From IMG/VR virus record IMGVR_UViG_3300045049_000270: a DNA stretch of 64,000 nt; one strand, written 5' to 3'. The translations under genes were made by a program, and so were the position numbers. Shown here in pieces: positions 59,551 to 64,000 of the stretch; within the stretch, counting starts at the first letter, position 1; every line of letters starts with the position of its first letter. The notes under the pieces are model-generated. The model was not told the DNA's origin and searched no databases. It saw only the letters and a list, made by a program, of their open reading frames with translations. Origin of the DNA: a virus. Lineage: Duplodnaviria > Heunggongvirae > Uroviricota > Caudoviricetes.

Positions 59551-59946
59551 TTATTTTCGTTCATAGGGTTGACAGCAGAACAAACAGCAATCCCAACATG
59601 GGTCATATTCTTCATCATAAACGCATGTACCAAGTACGTTTATTTCATTTTCGCAATCCCATTGCAACGGGACTCTTAGTTCATCTTCATGCGGAATTTC
59701 ATCTAATCCAAGCTCTTCCTGGTGCAAACAAATCTGAATATGAGCTTCTTTAATTGCCAAGTCAACCATTTGCTTGTGGACTTTATCAGCATCACGTTCA
59801 GCTTTCCAAACTTTTTCTTGGGCAGCTTCATATTGACGCTGTAATTCATCAAACATTTGCGGTAATTTTGCCATTTTATCAATCTTATGGTAGGAAAGCC
59901 AAATGTTACACACATTTGGCTTTCCTAGCAACCGAAGCTGGATCAA
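59551..59946 (-). CDS. Cys-rich phage protein
   Basis: WDC...CVY...CLFCCQPYERK. Confidence 0.55.
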   Translation of the reverse strand: MIQLRLLGKPNVCNIWLSYHKIDKMAKLPQMFDELQRQYEAAQEKVWKAERDADKVHKQMVDLAIKEAHIQICLHQEELGLDEIPHEDELRVPLQWDCENEINVLGTCVYDEEYDPCWDCCLFCCQPYERK

Positions 59947-60432
59947 TACTTTCTTTTACCGCGCTTGATGTTCTCACGTTGGATACGTGCTAGCCGGTGA
60001 CCCCAAATCGTATCAATGGGGTGAAACAACAATGCAAACCAGAATTGCAGGATACCGACACGAACTGAATGTCCGTTAGTTGGATCAATCGCTATCCAGT
60101 TATTCCAGATACCGACGAAGATTACGATGAATGCAACAAAAATAGTTGCGACGAGGTAAACTGTAGCTTCATTATGATCCATTACATCAACCCCGTACGA
60201 CGTGCTTCACGAAGGCGTGCCAGCCTCTCAACAACACGTAACATAACAAGCTTTGCTGATAGGTTCGCAGAACGTGCAAGGTCAGGGCGTGAACCAGCCA
60301 CCATCACCACGCCAATCTTTAACAATTCGCTCATGAATTCAACAAAAACGACATCATCTTGCATTTGTTTTTCGCCCATTGTTACCTCCGTTCAGTACCA
60401 TAAGATTATGGTACTTTCATATGAACTAGAGA

Positions 60433-61995
60433 TCAAGCATTGTCGTTGTCTTCAGCTAAATCCAATACTCGCTTGATTGCCGCAGGCGTCACCGGTTTTA
60501 CCAAATGTTCGTCAAATCCGGTACTGATTGATCGAGCTCGAGCATCATCGCCTCCAAATCCGGTCATAGCTGATATAATTGTATGAGCAAGCTCCGGCAT
60601 TTCTTTCAAGCATTCACGTACTTGAAATCCATCCAGACCTGGCATTGCTAGATCAAGTAACACAATGTCAGGTTTAAATGTTTTTGCAAGTGCGATAGCA
60701 TTTTTGCCGTTATATACCGAACGGGTTTCATGACCCATCATAGTTAAAAACATCGCCATACTATCAGCTGAATCATGATTATCGTCAACTACCATGATCT
60801 TATAAATGGGGTGATCTGTTGTTCTCCCATTGCTATCATAATAAGAATCAGTAATTTGCACCGAATGTTTAGGCAAACGCACAGTGAAGGTGCTACCAGT
60901 GCCCTTACCAGCGCTTTCCGCCGAGATTGCTCCACCGTGCATTTCAACAAGTGATCGACATAATGTTAATCCAATGCCTAAACCACTTTCAGTTGGGTTC
61001 AATTGTGTATCGTCTTGCACGAACAAATTGAAAATTTCACCTATCGCCTTTTCAGTCAAACCGCGTCCATTGTCTGCTATCTTGATAGCAACAGATCGTT
61101 CCTCATCATGCACAGTAAGCATGATGAACCCACCATTTGCTGTGAACTTACTAGCATTATGCAGTAAGTTTTGAATTACTTGCACCAACCGAGTTAGATC
61201 ACCGTTTACAATGATATCGTGATCGGGAATGTTTACGTCAAATTGTTGGTTTTTATTATTGAAGAAATGACGTGACGATTCAACGCTTCGAAGTACGGCT
61301 TCGCGTATGTCAATTGGTTTACAATGTAGAACGATTTTACCAGTTGATATACGGCCGATATCGAGTAAATCATCAACCAATCGTGTCATATGCGTTAATT
61401 GGCGATCGATGATGTCTCGACAGTTTTTTGCGCTTATTGGTAAACCAGATTCAATCTGCAAGATGCTCACCGCATTGCGGATAGGAGCTAACGGGTTGCG
61501 CAATTCATGCGCAAGCATGGCTAGAAATTCGTTTATACGCTGACCTGATGCTTCGAGTTCTTCAAGCCGTTTCCGTTCAGTCATGTCGCGCGTGATCTTT
61601 GCGAATCCTATCAAATTATGCTTATCATCATACAAAGCTGTCAGAATGACATTGGCCCAGAATAAAGACCCATCTTTTCGCACACGCCAACCTTCCTGAA
61701 CTATTTTACCCTTTTGCTTGGCGACAGCCAATGCTCTATAAGGAGCACCACGTTCAAGATCAGGTGGGGTATAAAAGATGGAGAAATGTTTTCCTATTAC
61801 TTCGTCTGATGTGTATCCTTTAATATTCTGGGCACCAATATTCCAGCTAGATACACAACCATTTTGGTCCAACATGAAGATGGCGTAATCTTCTATGTGA
61901 GTGACAAGTAGACGATAACGATCCTCTACAGGAATTGACATCTCACTTACAACATCAGGTGACGGCGATGCCTCACGTTCGCCTGGTTCATTCAT
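60433..61995 (-). CDS. Hybrid sensor histidine kinase (PAS-HisKA-HATPase-REC)
   Basis: SWNIGA..IKGY PAS; LAHELRNPL; NLLHNASKF; DNGRG; GLGIGL; VVDDN...LLDLAMPGLDG...KP. Confidence 0.93.
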   Translation of the reverse strand: MNEPGEREASPSPDVVSEMSIPVEDRYRLLVTHIEDYAIFMLDQNGCVSSWNIGAQNIKGYTSDEVIGKHFSIFYTPPDLERGAPYRALAVAKQKGKIVQEGWRVRKDGSLFWANVILTALYDDKHNLIGFAKITRDMTERKRLEELEASGQRINEFLAMLAHELRNPLAPIRNAVSILQIESGLPISAKNCRDIIDRQLTHMTRLVDDLLDIGRISTGKIVLHCKPIDIREAVLRSVESSRHFFNNKNQQFDVNIPDHDIIVNGDLTRLVQVIQNLLHNASKFTANGGFIMLTVHDEERSVAIKIADNGRGLTEKAIGEIFNLFVQDDTQLNPTESGLGIGLTLCRSLVEMHGGAISAESAGKGTGSTFTVRLPKHSVQITDSYYDSNGRTTDHPIYKIMVVDDNHDSADSMAMFLTMMGHETRSVYNGKNAIALAKTFKPDIVLLDLAMPGLDGFQVRECLKEMPELAHTIISAMTGFGGDDARARSISTGFDEHLVKPVTPAAIKRVLDLAEDNDNA

Positions 61996-62106
61996 AATGG
62001 AACCCTGTTTGAGGTCTTATCGAGAATACGTCAACTTATAATAACAGGCTTTTTAGCATTTGTGCTAGGCAATGATCCTAACACACAATTGCGCCCAAAG
62101 CTGTAA

Positions 62107-62529
62107 CTACGATATTAGTTTAGATTTAAAAATGTATTCACTGTGTATCATTTTGAATGCGATTGCATGCGAATCGTCTTCAATTGTGAATAATGTGAAA
62201 ATAGGATCGAGCATACTTGTAGTTGCCGCGTGTTCTTCTCTGCACCATCCTTCACCTTCGTAAATCTTACTGATTCTCCAGCCATATTCTAATGCATCAA
62301 GATCTTCTTTGAACAAAAGCTTGTTGTAATAGTTGTTAATGTCTCTGTAAATTGATGGATCACTGTGTTCAAAATAGAGCGCATTACTTGTGAATACGAC
62401 GGTTTCATCAACCAAATAACTTAATTTGCGAGAGTTGGTTTCGGGCCCAACATTGATAATAAGCCAATGCATCATTTGATCTACGATTTCATATGATGCG
62501 AAACCGTGAATGATGAATTCAGTAGTCAT
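62107..62529 (-). CDS. 'FKL' family member
   Basis: WLIINVG...YEGEGW...IEDDSHAIAFKM. Confidence 0.6.
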   Translation of the reverse strand: MTTEFIIHGFASYEIVDQMMHWLIINVGPETNSRKLSYLVDETVVFTSNALYFEHSDPSIYRDINNYYNKLLFKEDLDALEYGWRISKIYEGEGWCREEHAATTSMLDPIFTLFTIEDDSHAIAFKMIHSEYIFKSKLIS

Positions 62530-62903
62530 TACATGAACTTCAATTTAAATTCTACAGCCATTGTATCATCTTCAACGATCAGGTATATTTCTTGATTATG
62601 ATTTTTGAGCTTTTTACCTGATAGGCCCTGTGCCACATTTATACAAAGTTTGATATATCGCAAAGTGAACGACCAATTCTTACCACTATATTTAATAGTA
62701 TTTACGACAATAGCATTCGTAAATTTTTCACCCATTGCTTGCAATAGTTCTTTTGCAGTATCGAATTTAAATTCTGGTTCACCAAGTAAGTGGAATTTAC
62801 TTGAATAATCGTAGAAGGGACCGTGTTCAAGTTGAAGCCAATCTTGTATTGCTTCAACTTTTGAAGATGAAAGGTCAAAAGAAAGTTCGAACGTATGGCT
62901 CAC
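62529..62903 (-). CDS. 'FKL' family member
   Basis: DWLQLEHG...YSGKNW...VEDDTMAVEFKL. Confidence 0.6.
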   Translation of the reverse strand: MSHTFELSFDLSSSKVEAIQDWLQLEHGPFYDYSSKFHLLGEPEFKFDTAKELLQAMGEKFTNAIVVNTIKYSGKNWSFTLRYIKLCINVAQGLSGKKLKNHNQEIYLIVEDDTMAVEFKLKFM

Positions 62904-63285
62904 TGGTTACCTGGCTGAATGTTAATTTTAGTTCTATTGCCAGCATCTCATCTTCAATACCAAGTGTCTGGATATCCTGCATCGGCTCTGAATCCCCATC
63001 AGGAGCAATCACATGCTTGATTTGAAGCTGTGCATACCAACCATTACCAGTATAGCGCAATATGCGATAAAAACAATTTACACCAAGTGATTTGGTAAAG
63101 AAGCGCACGTACTGAGCATTTATTCGTTGCCCAGTTGTTGAATCAAATTCACCAAATATACGAGGCCCGGCCTGCCAGAACTTGACCTTTGCTTCATGAT
63201 CCGTCTCGGTTTTTTCTTTCAACCAAGTAATAATGTTTAAGTACGGTAATGATTCAAAGTCGCAGCTAAATCCCATTGTTATCAT
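62875..63285 (-). CDS. 'FKL' family member
   Basis: TWLKE...YTGNGW...IEDEMLAIELKL. Confidence 0.6.
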   Translation of the reverse strand: MITMGFSCDFESLPYLNIITWLKEKTETDHEAKVKFWQAGPRIFGEFDSTTGQRINAQYVRFFTKSLGVNCFYRILRYTGNGWYAQLQIKHVIAPDGDSEPMQDIQTLGIEDEMLAIELKLTFSQVTSEPYVRTFF

Positions 63286-63584
63286 TTGAATTTATAGGGG
63301 AAGTGATGACGGACGATCCGTTCGATTAACGAATCGCGTTGACTGGATGAAATGTTACCCCAGAGCCATAGCCCATTTTCAACACGATGAATGGTAGCGA
63401 TGGTTCGACTTTGTACTACCACACGTTGGGCTGCATTTTCCACACGCTTGCTGAGCGTGTGGATCATTCCGGTGCGTGCATATTGCATCGAAAGTTCATG
63501 CCCACTGCATCGCACGTTATGTGATTCAATAACTTCAATAATCAGAACGTCTATTGAACCAACTTTGAGCGCTTCTTGGCGCAT
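63282..63584 (-). CDS. Hypothetical protein
   Basis: ORF with GGGGG RBS, coupled to the downstream gene. Confidence 0.5.
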   Translation of the reverse strand: MRQEALKVGSIDVLIIEVIESHNVRCSGHELSMQYARTGMIHTLSKRVENAAQRVVVQSRTIATIHRVENGLWLWGNISSSQRDSLIERIVRHHFPYKFK

Positions 63585-63641
63585 GGCACCCCCGAAAATG
63601 ACGTTTCACTAAGGATAACATCATTTGAATGGGGATGCTAG

Positions 63642-63926
63642 TCAAACGTGTTCGCTATGGCGAACATCTCGAATCTTACGGTGCGCGGGTTTTTCAGTTG
63701 AAGCACCGTCGATGTCTGCACAGAACCGACGAGTACTAGCAGCAATTGCGGCTGCATACTTCATCATTTTGCGGTATACCGGAGACTTTTGCGCTTCAGC
63801 ATCCGGCACCAGCAAAATCGGCTTGTAATCCTTCACCAGAGACTGCCAGCCTATGCTGTTTTTCAGCTCTTTGCGTAAGCTGATGCCTCGATCCTTGATC
63901 GCGTACTTCACCAGTGCTAATGTCAT
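63642..63926 (-). CDS. Hypothetical protein
   Basis: 94-aa ORF. Confidence 0.45.
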   Translation of the reverse strand: MTLALVKYAIKDRGISLRKELKNSIGWQSLVKDYKPILLVPDAEAQKSPVYRKMMKYAAAIAASTRRFCADIDGASTEKPAHRKIRDVRHSEHV

Positions 63927-64000
63927 CTCAATAGGTAAATGATGCTGCGCCCAGTTTACAAAGTTGTCGAAGTAGCGAGCAAGCTCGACCCCCTCGACTT

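Noticed and set aside
1-64000. Genome-wide TGA-to-Trp recoding as the explanation for the RF stops
   Set aside because: Many genes end in TGA, often as ATGA overlaps, and the long conserved genes are uninterrupted in code 11.

Overview
This window looks like part of a large, AT-rich lytic dsDNA (jumbo, T4-like) phage genome. Support for that: rIIA/rIIB, a clamp-loader AAA+ subunit, GroES-like, PhoH, dUTPase, a DnaE-like fragment, RNA ligase, virion fibre/lectin genes, one tRNA(CAU), and many TAAATA late-promoter motifs alongside sigma70-like promoters. Genes are mostly + strand to ~30.5 kb and mostly - strand after it. Host-like genes (dUTPase, DUF1003, hybrid kinase) resemble Burkholderiales proteins by recall, not by search. 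Main highlights: (1) A domain-1-less, RF1-type (PxT/GGQ) release factor has an in-frame UGA. Its displaced 5' copy, upstream of a free-standing endonuclease, also has an in-frame UGA at a different codon, which suggests programmed readthrough control. (2) About 22 highly diverged small paralogues share a 'D-x3-A-x2-(F)KL' helix. (3) Candidate structured ncRNAs include a ~400-nt multi-helix RNA and a twice-repeated ~73-nt element with compensatory changes. (4) Two classes of sigma70-like promoters carry palindromic motifs. (5) The phage encodes signalling proteins. All calls come from motif reading by eye; no database searches or folding programs were run.
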